Assembly: GCA_963727805.1 (NCBI GenBank)
Contig: CAVSHF010000005.1
Coordinates: 384,001-448,000, forward strand
Source: an uncultured Nitrospiraceae bacterium
GTDB taxonomy: Bacteria > Nitrospirota > Thermodesulfovibrionia > Thermodesulfovibrionales > Dissulfurispiraceae
Length of the DNA: 64,000 nt
Reading direction: 5' to 3'
In this document: positions 40,493 through 50,889 of the stretch, in pieces
Layout of the letters: each line of letters begins with the position of its first letter
Position numbering within the stretch: position 1 is the stretch's first letter
Notes under the pieces: model-generated
What the model saw: the letters and a program-made list of their open reading frames with translations, nothing else
Told to the model about the DNA's origin: nothing
Databases searched by the model: none
Position numbers and translations under genes: made by a program

Positions 40493-40891
40493 CTACTCAT
40501 TATCATTCCTGTCAAATATCTGCCGTGAATGAAGGATTCTATCGGAAACAATTGGCAATAAAAAATAGCCCCGGCAATGCCTTCGTGCAGTAACTATCGA
40601 TTTGGGCGATTATTTACCATCGTTGATTTCTTACCTCTAACCTTGCATCGGGAAATTCTTCGACTCTTAATGCCTGTTCACAGAAAGCAATACTTGAGCT
40701 CATCATGAAAATTCCGATGAGTACTACCTGAAATATAGTCCGCTGGGTATTAATTACATCCCATACAAAACACAGTAGAAAATCTAAAAGGAGCGTTTAC
40801 TGCTCCCTATAGGCAAGGAATGCCGCATTGGAATATTGCTCCGGGGGGGAAGGATCACGAAGACCGGTTTGGCGCCGGGCGAATAAGTACA

Positions 40892-41455
40892 TCATCGATC
40901 CATTACAGACAGTAACAACCTATCAAGTCCGCTTCTATTAACCTCACCCATTATTCTGTAACGAACTACTCCTTTTCTGTCTATAATAAACGTCATCGGA
41001 ATGCCAGTCACACCGTAAAGCCGAGCCGTCGATGACACTGGATCTAGGAGTATAGGATATGTAATCTTACCTTTTGCAATATATGCCTCAGCCGTCTCCT
41101 TAGTTTGTCCCACATTAATGGAAAAAGGTGCAATTCCTTTCGCCCTGTATTCATTGTTTAGTGATTCAATCGCCTGCATCTCCTTCAGGCAGTATGGGCA
41201 TGTGCTTGCCCAAAAGTGGATGACGATAATCTTACCTTTGAAATCAGTTGGGAGTGTAATACTACCGCCTTTTATATTTTGAAGTGTGACCGCAGGTGGA
41301 GTATCTCCTGATTTGATCGTAGCAGTCGATGCATACGTATAGTTGCCTGCTGATATGACTAACAGGTGAACAACAGCAAGCATAATGAAAAACGGGACAG
41401 ATAGAAAAGCAGTTTTAAATTTGTTTCTCATTACCTTAATCTCTGGAGCGGCCAC
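40892..41455 (-). CDS. TlpA/ResA-like thioredoxin
   Basis: FWASTCPYC, YGVTGIP (cis-Pro), FIIDRKG. Confidence 0.88.
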   Translation of the reverse strand: MAAPEIKVMRNKFKTAFLSVPFFIMLAVVHLLVISAGNYTYASTATIKSGDTPPAVTLQNIKGGSITLPTDFKGKIIVIHFWASTCPYCLKEMQAIESLNNEYRAKGIAPFSINVGQTKETAEAYIAKGKITYPILLDPVSSTARLYGVTGIPMTFIIDRKGVVRYRIMGEVNRSGLDRLLLSVMDR

Positions 41456-41930
41456 TAATCATACTGCGATTTTCCAAAATCAACTTCTCCGTCTTATCCT
41501 TGATCCCCATCAACTCTTTCCTAAGAACAGCCCTTTCCCGATTAGTAAGAGTATCAGCCATTTTTTCCTGAACGCGGATTATATCCGACAAAAGTTGCAG
41601 CATATCATTCATCGACATGTAGGTCAGTATATCTTTCAAAGTTAATTCCTGGCCGTGATCCATCGTATGGCCCATAGAACCCATGGAACACATAGAGCAC
41701 ATGGTTCCCATTGACATCATGGGGCACAGCATTGGCGAAGTTTGCTGACCCTGTGGAACCACTTGAGCAACGGACTTAGCATCTCCTGGTTGTTCCTGCT
41801 CCGGACCGGGAACAACACTTTTAGCCGAGGTTTGTTGTATGGAATCAGCAGCAACGGCGAGTCCGCTTAAGGCTAATAGCAAACAAATTGACAATATAAA
41901 TATCAGCATCCCGAATAAATTCTTTTTCAT
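41436..41930 (-). CDS. Secreted Met/Cys-rich hypothetical protein
   Basis: Signal peptide; MLCPMMSMGTMCSMCSMGSMGH tract. Confidence 0.65.
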   Translation of the reverse strand: MKKNLFGMLIFILSICLLLALSGLAVAADSIQQTSAKSVVPGPEQEQPGDAKSVAQVVPQGQQTSPMLCPMMSMGTMCSMCSMGSMGHTMDHGQELTLKDILTYMSMNDMLQLLSDIIRVQEKMADTLTNRERAVLRKELMGIKDKTEKLILENRSMISGRSRD

Positions 41931-42028
41931 AACGTTCTCCTTAGGATTGAAGGATTGCCATTTCTTACTGGATAAACTATATCCCAAGCATGATATGGTG
42001 TCAACGTGAAATTTGTTTTTGTCATTTT

Positions 42029-43030
42029 TTAATAACCCTCAAGTTTGAAATGCGAAAATATAATCTGATACGTCGAGATGCCTGCAAAAACGGCATAAGA
42101 GATTAAAGATACCAGAGCAAGCCTGCGAACAATAGACGGGATGATTACTGCCAGGCTAAGCCTATTCTTGAAAGGCAAGAGAGCGCCCACACCAAGGCCA
42201 GATAGCGACCCACTTAACAGTAAGGCATAGAGAAGATAGCCTATATATCCATATTCCTTCTGCAGGATGCAGAAGGGACAATGATGAGTTGGTAGTTCAT
42301 AAAAATAGAGGGAGATGAAAGATATGAGCGCTTCTAGAGCGATGAAAAAAAAGAGAATGCTCAAAAGAGAAAACAGGTACCCGCCTTTTAAGGTTCTGTA
42401 AAAGTAGATACCACACATGAGAACCAGCGCCATAGCAGAATAAAAGACAATCTTCATCGGAATGCTTGGGATTGCAGCAAGGCTTGAGGCCATACCTGGT
42501 GCTTCGGTGCTGAATAGACTTCCGCAGCATGAGGTAATAACGTTTGGATGCAACCCCTGAAAATACAGTAATTGCAGTATCGTTTCGGCGACAATGAATG
42601 GGGTAATTAACATAAGCAGAGAGTATTTTGTCTTTATCAGGGGATAATCGTATGCCTTGTTGTCGGTATAGTTCATTATGAGCCAACTGCCGGCTAAGAG
42701 AAAATTGACAACCTTCAGAATCAGAGTCGGATACCCGTAGGGATTCACATTAAGAGTACCAACGGCGCACATCGCCCCGACAAAAAATACGCATAAGTCA
42801 TTGGCAGTATAAATAAACAGGAAAAAGGAAAGCAGCTGGAAGCCGAAGGCATAGGCGACGATTGTCGATATCAGGTAAGTCTTCCTCTCCAGTGCCAGCT
42901 GGAGTTCGCTGCCGCTTTTTACGTCCCAGTTTCTGATAATATTGATTGCATAAGAAGCTGAATAAAGCAGCATCAGGCTGATCAGGGAAGAGCCTAGAAG
43001 GAGCGCTAATACAGGTGGATAAAGTATCAC
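42029..43030 (-). CDS. Polytopic membrane protein with Cys/His motifs
   Basis: About 8 hydrophobic segments; GAMCAVG, TSCCGS, PTHHCPFC. Confidence 0.8.
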   Translation of the reverse strand: MILYPPVLALLLGSSLISLMLLYSASYAINIIRNWDVKSGSELQLALERKTYLISTIVAYAFGFQLLSFFLFIYTANDLCVFFVGAMCAVGTLNVNPYGYPTLILKVVNFLLAGSWLIMNYTDNKAYDYPLIKTKYSLLMLITPFIVAETILQLLYFQGLHPNVITSCCGSLFSTEAPGMASSLAAIPSIPMKIVFYSAMALVLMCGIYFYRTLKGGYLFSLLSILFFFIALEALISFISLYFYELPTHHCPFCILQKEYGYIGYLLYALLLSGSLSGLGVGALLPFKNRLSLAVIIPSIVRRLALVSLISYAVFAGISTYQIIFSHFKLEGY

Positions 43031-43719
43031 AAAATCTCCCCAACGTCCACAACCGCCCCATCTCTCATCTCTACAATAGTGTCAATATATTCAGATGCAT
43101 AAACAATGGGGTCATGGCTGGCTATAATGACAGTTCGGCCTTCTGTTTTGAGTCTTTGAATGATATCCATAAACTCATTGGAAAGCTTCGTGTCGAGGTG
43201 AGCGGTTGGCTCGTCGGCAATGACTACAGAAGGATTGTTGATCAAAGCCCGAGCGATGGCCACACGTTGGGCCTCCCCACCCGAAAGCCATTCTATTTTG
43301 GACTGTGCCTTATGACCCATATTGAAAATTTCAAGAATTGCCATTGCCCTTTGCACCATCCTAGAGTGTTTCTCCCCTTCCGGAAAGGCCGGCAGCATGA
43401 CATTTTCAAGTGCCGTTATGCCCCTGATTAGATTGAATTGCTGAAAGATAAACCCGAAGGATTTCCGTCTTATTTCTGTCAGGAACCTCTCTGGAAGGCT
43501 CGTAATCTCCCTGTCGTGTAGCATAATCCTGCCCGATGTAGGCCTGGCCATGCAGCCGATCATGCTTAAAAGAGTCGTCTTGCCTGAACCGCTAGGGCCT
43601 CTGAGCACTGTGCTGCTGTTGATGGAGATGTTCAGGCTCACACCGTGCAGGGCTGTAAATTCATTGGGCCGGTTCATATTGAACACCTTCCTGACATCGA
43701 AAAGTTCAATCATGATCAA
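43027..43719 (-). CDS. ABC ATP-binding protein (LolD/MacB-like)
   Basis: GPSGSGKTT, GFIFQQFNL, LSGGEAQRV, IADEPT. Confidence 0.92.
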   Translation of the reverse strand: MIMIELFDVRKVFNMNRPNEFTALHGVSLNISINSSTVLRGPSGSGKTTLLSMIGCMARPTSGRIMLHDREITSLPERFLTEIRRKSFGFIFQQFNLIRGITALENVMLPAFPEGEKHSRMVQRAMAILEIFNMGHKAQSKIEWLSGGEAQRVAIARALINNPSVVIADEPTAHLDTKLSNEFMDIIQRLKTEGRTVIIASHDPIVYASEYIDTIVEMRDGAVVDVGEIL

Positions 43720-44849
43720 GTCCTCATAACGGCATCGGGATCAATCGTAGCGGCCCTCCATGACGGAATGATTGTCGCCACGGTATACGGCACAACAGTA
43801 ATAAAAAAGACTGTGAAAATTTGATATGCATCTATGTAAGGGGTCAGCCTAAAATCAGGATACAGTACCGACCATCCCATCAGAAACGGCTCAAAGATAA
43901 ATGAAGAGACCAGGAAAACATGCGCATACGCCAATAGAATCCCAAGCAAAAATGAAGAGAGGGATATCACTGTGCCCTCCCAGAACTTCAGCAGAATGAC
44001 GTCGGATGTTTCCCATCCTATTGCTTTTAGGATGCCAATCTCCTTCTTTTCCTCCGCGCTCAATCCCGAAGCCTTGTCCCATGCGAAATTGATAAAAGAA
44101 AGGACAACGGTAAAAAGAATTATTATCATCGTCCCTCCACGCCAATTGAAGACCGCATTATATGTCCTCAGTATCTCGTCCCGGAGGATCGGCCTTGTGT
44201 CAGGCAGCAGCTGGCTTATCTTAAGGGCTATGGTGTTGAGTTCGCGGGGGTTCCGCACTCTGAGTGTAAGATCGGTTACAAGGGGCTTCTGTATGCCGAA
44301 GAGTTCACGGAAATCGTTCTCTGACATAAGAATCAGATCAGCTGAAACTAAAGCGGATTCCGAGGAAAGGGTTCTTTGCACCTGCAACAACAATGTGTCA
44401 CCTGTGTATGACTTGAATGCAAAAAAGTCACCATTGTAGATCTTGCGGTTCTTTGAAATGCCATCTCCTATTATTATCGATCCGTCAGAAGGCTGATCAT
44501 CCTGGGGGACCATCAATGTGTAATTAGCACCAACAACCGGATCGTAATAGTAGCCCCATAGACGTCCGCCTACCGACCCGATGCCCCTAATATCTCTTAT
44601 CTTTTGCAGATAATCGGCTGGTATAAGATCCTGCCTGCCTGCCGTAAGTTTCTGCACAACCATTTCGGGTGTGCCTTTCAGAACAAGCGCCGCCTCCTTG
44701 CGGATCGAATGTGTAAAAAACATCACCGATGCAAAAAGAAAGACCACGAGTGTGTAAACGATTACCAGGGCCGTATTCTTCCATTTTCTCCTGAAAAGTG
44801 AAGATAGTGTGAAATCGAGGATGTTTCTTTGCGCCTCAATTTGTCTCAT
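43716..44849 (-). CDS. ABC permease (FtsX/LolE-like)
   Basis: N-terminal TM, periplasmic domain, KEIGILKAIGW, PSWRAA..DP. Confidence 0.88.
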   Translation of the reverse strand: MRQIEAQRNILDFTLSSLFRRKWKNTALVIVYTLVVFLFASVMFFTHSIRKEAALVLKGTPEMVVQKLTAGRQDLIPADYLQKIRDIRGIGSVGGRLWGYYYDPVVGANYTLMVPQDDQPSDGSIIIGDGISKNRKIYNGDFFAFKSYTGDTLLLQVQRTLSSESALVSADLILMSENDFRELFGIQKPLVTDLTLRVRNPRELNTIALKISQLLPDTRPILRDEILRTYNAVFNWRGGTMIIILFTVVLSFINFAWDKASGLSAEEKKEIGILKAIGWETSDVILLKFWEGTVISLSSFLLGILLAYAHVFLVSSFIFEPFLMGWSVLYPDFRLTPYIDAYQIFTVFFITVVPYTVATIIPSWRAATIDPDAVMRT

Positions 44850-45144
44850 GTTTCTTTAAGTGGGGCGGAGGGGGCATTATTGAACCCGATGGGAAATGAT
44901 CAAATGCCATCGGGGCATCCTGAAAAGCACTATGCATATCAGCCATCGCAGGATTCCTGGTATACCGCGCATCAGTGAATAGACAGAGATCCGTCAGTTC
45001 AAGCTTTCTCACTAGCTCCCCACTTTCCAATAGATGTTTTTTTGCTCGCTCGCGCGCATAAGAAGCATGATTAAGCATGAGGAAGACCAGGATTAAGCAG
45101 GATGCAACAAAAATAAGGTAGACGTTAGACTTTCGCATGAACAC
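44836..45144 (-). CDS. Hypothetical membrane-anchored protein
   Basis: N-terminal TM; LELTDLCLFTDARYTR; translationally coupled to its neighbours. Confidence 0.7.
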   Translation of the reverse strand: MFMRKSNVYLIFVASCLILVFLMLNHASYARERAKKHLLESGELVRKLELTDLCLFTDARYTRNPAMADMHSAFQDAPMAFDHFPSGSIMPPPPHLKKHETN

Positions 45145-45620
45145 TAATCCATCTCCTTAAGCATGACTGATATGACTTCGTTGAATCTCACTAATGCCTT
45201 GCCGTTATGGTCCTTCATAAACTCCTTTGCATCGACCTCTTTTGCAAAAGGTATGAGTTCCCTGCCCATCGGGCCTGTGACGTCGCTACCGATCACGAAG
45301 TATGCCTTAAGCCCATCCACCGGTGAAAGGGTGTAATAATCGTTTACGTATACTGAGCTTATATCAGCCGTTGTTTTTGAGGGATTATATACCTTCAAGT
45401 TTAGATAATATTTGAACATGTCTTTCGGACCGTCGAACATCGCGTATGAGCCATCCTTGAAGATGATCTGTGCGAGGAAGTCGGTATATTTCGATACGAA
45501 CATACCACAGACCGGACACTTGTCCTTCCCGGTAGGCTTGATAGGCTTTTCTGATGCAGCAATCGGTGATACGGTAATAACAATGAGGCATACCACTGAA
45601 ATCATGTATCTAAAAAACAC
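45144..45620 (-). CDS. NosL-family copper chaperone
   Basis: CPVCGM, FDGPKDM, GSDVTGPMG, PF...A..FMKDHNG. Confidence 0.88.
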   Translation of the reverse strand: MFFRYMISVVCLIVITVSPIAASEKPIKPTGKDKCPVCGMFVSKYTDFLAQIIFKDGSYAMFDGPKDMFKYYLNLKVYNPSKTTADISSVYVNDYYTLSPVDGLKAYFVIGSDVTGPMGRELIPFAKEVDAKEFMKDHNGKALVRFNEVISVMLKEMD

Positions 45621-45631
45621 AGTTGTCTCCT

Positions 45632-46228
45632 TTACTTCTTGTTTCCCGGCTCTTTTTCTTTCAGCTGTTCAAGAACAATTTTTTCAAACGTCGACTTGTC
45701 TATTTCACCTAGAATCTTTCGCCTTATGATACCGTTCCTATCGAGAAAAAATGTTGCAGGAATTCCGGCTATCCCGTATCGCTTTGTCACCTCATTGCCG
45801 GCGTCAATAAGCACTGGATATGAGATATTGTATCCCTTTGCAAACTTTTCTACAGCGCTCTTGCCCTGCCCGATGTTAACGGCAAGAATTAGAAAATCGC
45901 TACCTGCATACTTCTTGTAGACTTGATCGATTTCTGGCATTTCGGCCACACAGGACTGGCACCAATCTGCCCAAAATCGTATTGCGACAATCTTGCCCTT
46001 CACGTCTTCAGGTGCTCTTATCGTCTTTCCTGTTATGTCGGTGAGTTCAAAAACCGGCGCGGGTTGACCTTCCCGTGTAATGACCTCCTTGTCAGAACAT
46101 CCGCAAAGCAGAAAAACCGTAGAGACAATAATCAAGACAAGTGATAGAACAAAAGTGCATTTTTTTAAACAGCCTTTTACATTGAACTTTGTGTTCATAA
46201 TTATTTTAACCAATGACTGATAATGCAT
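45632..46228 (-). CDS. TlpA-like thioredoxin lipoprotein
   Basis: Lipobox-like LCGC, FWADWCQSC, YGIAGIP. Confidence 0.88.
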   Translation of the reverse strand: MHYQSLVKIIMNTKFNVKGCLKKCTFVLSLVLIIVSTVFLLCGCSDKEVITREGQPAPVFELTDITGKTIRAPEDVKGKIVAIRFWADWCQSCVAEMPEIDQVYKKYAGSDFLILAVNIGQGKSAVEKFAKGYNISYPVLIDAGNEVTKRYGIAGIPATFFLDRNGIIRRKILGEIDKSTFEKIVLEQLKEKEPGNKK

Positions 46229-46560
46229 TCGGAACAGTAGCTATCCCAACTTTTTTCCAATGGCGACACTCTTCCGATACTAACTGGGGAATGCGCCTTG
46301 CCTTATCCTTTAACTCATTCCATATCTGTTTTATGTTTCTCGCTGTGCCGACAGGGGGAAACTCAGTTCTGACCGATTTTACCCCACTGGTTAGAAATGC
46401 TGTGAGCCCTTTATTGGTTTTTATGACTCCTGAAACTGGCTCAACTGTCTGCCATCGAAATTTATAGAGTTTTTGAGCTTCCATAGTTTTCATTGCTTTC
46501 GTCGTTGGATTCCGTTTGTTTTCACAAGGAAACATATTTAGGTGCTTCCCCCTCTTCTGC
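46206..46560 (-). pseudogene. Degenerate IS1182 transposase C-terminal fragment
   Basis: YKFRWQTVEPVSGVIKTNKGL aligns with YKLRQQIVEPVIGDIKENKGL of the 37845-39431 transposase. Confidence 0.75.
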
Positions 46561-46614
46561 TTTTGGTGCAGCCATTCATCACACGGGATGAATGGCTGCG
46601 TCTTAAAAACATCT

Positions 46615-48093
46615 CTAAAACATTACCTGAAAGCAGGCATTAAGAACCCATTTAGTTTTCAACTGAATGCCGTTAAGGTCCTGATAAAGCGGGATACCGC
46701 CTTCAACTCCGAAACTGAAGGGACCCTTTTGATAACTCACCCCGAGTAGTCCATCGAGTCGCTGACCACCATAGTTGCTTGGGTCAGCATCTGGCATCGG
46801 CGCCCCTGTCATAGGATTGAGTATCTCCTGGATCGCGGAATCCTGTCCTTTGATCCGTCCAGTATCGTTATAGGCCAGACGCAACGAGGGGGTGATGGGG
46901 CCTAAAGCACGCTGGATCCAACTGGTCACTTTGAAGTTGTCCCCATAGCTCCAACCGTCACCGTTTTTTGCAGTATGCCAGGTGTACTGTGCTTGCGCGC
47001 CCCAGTTCCATTTAGCGTCTTCGCTGAGCCCGTTGTAAGTAAGCGCAGGCTTAAGGTCGTATGTGCCCGAACCGAGTTGCATGTCATAGGGGGCGCGAAA
47101 TTCCATGCCCATCATGTCTACTGTCTGCTTGATGCTGCCGGTCGGCAGGCTGAGACCGAGGCTGCCCACAAGATAATTGTTAATCTTGTACATTCCTCTC
47201 AGCTCGGTGTCACCAAAACCGCTCGTGGACATAGGGGGGCTGGAAAATGTGCCCATCATCGGGCCCATGTCCATTGTCATCTTCATCTTGTTGGACAGAT
47301 AACTCGTCATTGCCATCACAGTCACCCGGTCGGTGATCCCATACATTGCCATCACCATCTGCATATCCATCGTCATGCTCGTGGGGATCATCATATAGTT
47401 ATAGGGCTGGCCCCTCATCCAACCGACACTGTTATTACCTGCGTTATTTGTCCCGGCGCGCAACCCCATCATGTCCATATGCATGAATGAGTAGTTAACC
47501 ATCCACATGCCAGCCGGGTGGACATGGTATATGTGATCACTGAAAGCCGGATTGAATAACATTTGGGATCCCGGCTCCATGACCATATGGCTCATGTCAT
47601 GACCCCCGTGCCCCCCAGCCCTCGCGATCTCTTCCTCAGCTGCCTGCAGCGCCTCGTCGAAGGTGCTCACTCTGCCGCCGTTTTCTTTCATGAACGCCTG
47701 GGCTTCCTGCTGGTCAGCAAAGGCCCATTCCGGTAAATTGGTCATAACACCCGTTTTGATGCCACCAATGACCCAAATTGCGGTCTTTGCATCTATCAGC
47801 TTTTTAGTTTCATAATCAGCAACCATTATAGACTTGACCTGCTTATCTTTGTTTTCTTTCATCTCCTCGGCTGCACAGTGGAGACTGCAGAGCCCCACGG
47901 TGGTCCCATCGGCATAGACAATAAGCATCCGGCTCCGGTCATAAACGTTCCGGTCCATCCCACATACCTTGCAGGTCTTGGGACTCTCTATGGCATCCGC
48001 TTCGTTGCCGGCAAATGAGGTACGCACCGAGAATAACAGAATAAGAATAGATAGAATCGCAAAAGAGGTTGTGAACTTGCCTGGTGATTTCAT
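46615..48093 (-). CDS. NosL-domain / Met-rich outer-membrane beta-barrel fusion
   Basis: Signal peptide; CKVCGM...CSLHC NosL domain; His/Met linker; barrel-like C-terminus (GFGD, LSLPTG, MQLGSGTYD) ending in Phe. Confidence 0.75.
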   Translation of the reverse strand: MKSPGKFTTSFAILSILILLFSVRTSFAGNEADAIESPKTCKVCGMDRNVYDRSRMLIVYADGTTVGLCSLHCAAEEMKENKDKQVKSIMVADYETKKLIDAKTAIWVIGGIKTGVMTNLPEWAFADQQEAQAFMKENGGRVSTFDEALQAAEEEIARAGGHGGHDMSHMVMEPGSQMLFNPAFSDHIYHVHPAGMWMVNYSFMHMDMMGLRAGTNNAGNNSVGWMRGQPYNYMMIPTSMTMDMQMVMAMYGITDRVTVMAMTSYLSNKMKMTMDMGPMMGTFSSPPMSTSGFGDTELRGMYKINNYLVGSLGLSLPTGSIKQTVDMMGMEFRAPYDMQLGSGTYDLKPALTYNGLSEDAKWNWGAQAQYTWHTAKNGDGWSYGDNFKVTSWIQRALGPITPSLRLAYNDTGRIKGQDSAIQEILNPMTGAPMPDADPSNYGGQRLDGLLGVSYQKGPFSFGVEGGIPLYQDLNGIQLKTKWVLNACFQVMF

Positions 48094-48263
48094 CGTTCAA
48101 ATTTCTCCCTTTTAAATCAGGCTTAAAGCCTTTATTATTTCGGTTCTTATTATTAACTTAGGTAGATTTTGCTGCAATTATCACCCGCCATGGAACCATC
48201 TGATTGCACACGACATACTTCAACCACACGCGTCTTAGGCAGTTTCTACGAACAATTGCGAAG

Positions 48264-48620
48264 TTAACTTGCAGGTTCTGGGGGAGGGTACTCTTGAAAT
48301 ACTATCAATAAAGGGCTGGGGATTAAACTCAATATTGTATTAAATCCTACAGAATGTAATGGACCAAACGGATCAGCACCTTCGATGACAAAGTCTGTGT
48401 CGATTACCTTCTGAATTCCTGCCGTTGGACCGTGGCAGACATCAAGCGTAACAATGAATGGTCCTGAAAAACTTGTTGGGGTGGATAGATTGACGTCTGA
48501 CACTATTGAAAGGATGAGCCCGATTACGCTTATAACCGAGAAAAGTTTCTCGACGTTTGCAATGCTCAAGAAGCCTCGCAATATCTTCATTTGAATGATA
48601 TCATAGCACCACGTTAACAA
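48264..48620 (-). CDS. Small hypothetical protein (TM, LDVCH, C-terminal PPP)
   Basis: ORF directly upstream of the NosL-barrel gene; start uncertain. Confidence 0.5.
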   Translation of the reverse strand: MLTWCYDIIQMKILRGFLSIANVEKLFSVISVIGLILSIVSDVNLSTPTSFSGPFIVTLDVCHGPTAGIQKVIDTDFVIEGADPFGPLHSVGFNTILSLIPSPLLIVFQEYPPPEPAS

Positions 48621-48763
48621 AGAAAGTCAAGAATGGAATTGATTTTGTCTCTTAGCGTGATAGGAAAAATGATTGGAATCAGACAAATATGTATTTTCCC
48701 CGAAGACTACCCAATATACTGTCAATTTATAAGGTTGTCTGCCCACGTTGCTTCCTAAGTATC

Positions 48764-49222
48764 TCAGACCGGCTCTTGTAACTTCAAGATGGGAATATAA
48801 TATTTGCCATCTCTGAGCGTTCCAGGGATTCTAATCGGAGAACATGTTCCGATTCCATTCTTTACTTCCGAAACGCTATATTCGGTACCGCATTCCTTGC
48901 AAGTAAAATGACCGTGGCTAAAGGTATACCCAAGATTGGATTTGCAGCTTACACATTCATCGAGAAAAGAAAGGACTTCGTTATCGATTTTTATGACAAA
49001 AAAGTTGATGTTCTTGTTTCCGGAATTATATGTAAAAAATCGGGGGGCATCAGGTTTGAGGCTTAGAACATCTATGGTCACTTCATCACCTGACACTGTT
49101 GCTTTAGGATAAGTCGTATGCTTAGAGCAAGCCGTCAGGAGTATAATGCACAGCAACGCGAGATAGAACCCCCTTTTATCAAATCCCCACTTTGGAGAAT
49201 TCTTTCCGTCGTATGCTTGCAT
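48764..49222 (-). CDS. DUF2318-like Fe-S/Cys lipoprotein
   Basis: LTAC lipobox; DECVSC, CKECG, GIGTCSPI. Confidence 0.7.
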   Translation of the reverse strand: MQAYDGKNSPKWGFDKRGFYLALLCIILLTACSKHTTYPKATVSGDEVTIDVLSLKPDAPRFFTYNSGNKNINFFVIKIDNEVLSFLDECVSCKSNLGYTFSHGHFTCKECGTEYSVSEVKNGIGTCSPIRIPGTLRDGKYYIPILKLQEPV

Positions 49223-49731
49223 GCTGTATCACCTCAACTCATCCGGTTCTAGAACTGTGAGCATATCTACTCAATTAACCGCGTATTATTATATCTTCTT
49301 TGTCTCCGATTGCACTAGAAATAGTTCTTTGACTTGCATGTTTCATCGGAATCAGTTCACCAAATTATATATGGATTCATTGGCAGATTCTAGTTCGAAT
49401 AAATTTATATATGATACAATTGGAATCAAGCTCTCACGGTATACCAAATTGTCTATCTTTTTCGTTATCGCATCGCCTGGTGTGTCCTAATCTGAGCCAC
49501 TAACTCTCATCACCGAAAAGTCACTTTGTGGCGGCGTTTCTTAGGTCAAACGACCCATGATGAGTACGGGATAAAACACACAAACCATCTTTAATACATT
49601 TTTTCGGAAACAAACACTTTCGCCGAAATGGCCGCACTGGAGGTTATCAGGAGCACCAATTGTTTTTGGAAAAGAGCGCCGGTATTGACTTCGGGACGAA
49701 AGCTTGTGTAACGAGCCGTATCTCTGTGGTA

Positions 49732-49836
49732 ATGACTTCGACATGTATCCGAGCTCGCCAATTTATTGACTATGGTGTCAGATTTTTTTGGAAATAAATG
49801 GTGGCTCTCGTAGCAGATGATGAAGGGTACGTGCAG
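49732..49836. repeat. 105-bp direct repeat, copy 1
   Basis: Matches 53930-54034 with 2 mismatches. Confidence 0.88.
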
Positions 49837-50022
49837 TAGGACTAAACCGCTGCGCGGTGGATTCGATTAGCAAGGGCCTATCAGTAGTAGTACCATCTTT
49901 TTCGAATAGCCACTTTTGCCTGATCACATTTCTTTGTTGAACCATCGAAGTCTTTTTACAATCTCTCTTTGCTGTGCTGCCGGCATGAGCTGGCAGAAAA
50001 CAGTTTCAAAGGAGATTGTATT

Positions 50023-50868
50023 ATGAGCGCGTTGAAAGAACGGTTGCTGCAGGATCTTCAGTTGAAGGGCATTACGCTTGGTGTCCAAAGGAAATATCTC
50101 CGGGAAGTCGGTAACCTTGAGAATTATTTCGGCAAGTCTCCTGAAGAACTGAGTACAGAGGAAGTGAAGCAGTATCTGGTTCATCTTATGGAAGAAAGGG
50201 GTTTAACGAGGGGGACATACAGAACCTATGTGGCCGGGATCAAGTTCCTTTATAATACGACCCTGAATCGTGCGGATGTAGTCAATAATATTCAATATCC
50301 GAAAGCCCAGAAGAAGCTGCCTCTCGTTTTGGATTTGTCCGAAGTCCAGGCGATTTTCTCAGTCACTGAAAACATCAAGCACAAGGCGCTTCTGATGATC
50401 ACCTATTCTGCCGGGTTGAGAATAAGTGAAGCTGCGCGACTGAAGGTGACAGATATCGACAGCAAGAGTATGCTGGTTTATGTCCGTCTTGGAAAAGGGG
50501 CAAAGGACCGTTACTCCATCTTATCGCAGACTGCCCTTGAGTGCTTAAGACAGTATTGGAGGGAATATCGCCCGGAGGAGTGGTTATTTGAAGGCGAGAA
50601 GGACAACACCCATATCACTATAAGCTCCATCTACCAGATATTCCAAAAATCCAAGAAACGCGCCGGCATCGCAAAGAATGCTTGCGTGCATACTCTGAGG
50701 CATAGTTTTGCGACACACCTTATCGAGGCGGGGACTAGTCTTCATCATGTCCAACTGCTTCTTGGGCACAGGTCACCGACGACCACGACCGTTTATCTTC
50801 ATGTCAGCAAGATGAATCTGGCAAAAGTTGTCAGTCCGCTGGACATAGCAACTAAAAAATATCTGTAG
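50023..50868 (+). CDS. Tyrosine recombinase/integrase
   Basis: Protein identical to the other copies. Confidence 0.92.
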   Translation: MSALKERLLQDLQLKGITLGVQRKYLREVGNLENYFGKSPEELSTEEVKQYLVHLMEERGLTRGTYRTYVAGIKFLYNTTLNRADVVNNIQYPKAQKKLPLVLDLSEVQAIFSVTENIKHKALLMITYSAGLRISEAARLKVTDIDSKSMLVYVRLGKGAKDRYSILSQTALECLRQYWREYRPEEWLFEGEKDNTHITISSIYQIFQKSKKRAGIAKNACVHTLRHSFATHLIEAGTSLHHVQLLLGHRSPTTTTVYLHVSKMNLAKVVSPLDIATKKYL

Positions 50869-50889
50869 CACTCTGAGCCGTAAATCCAG

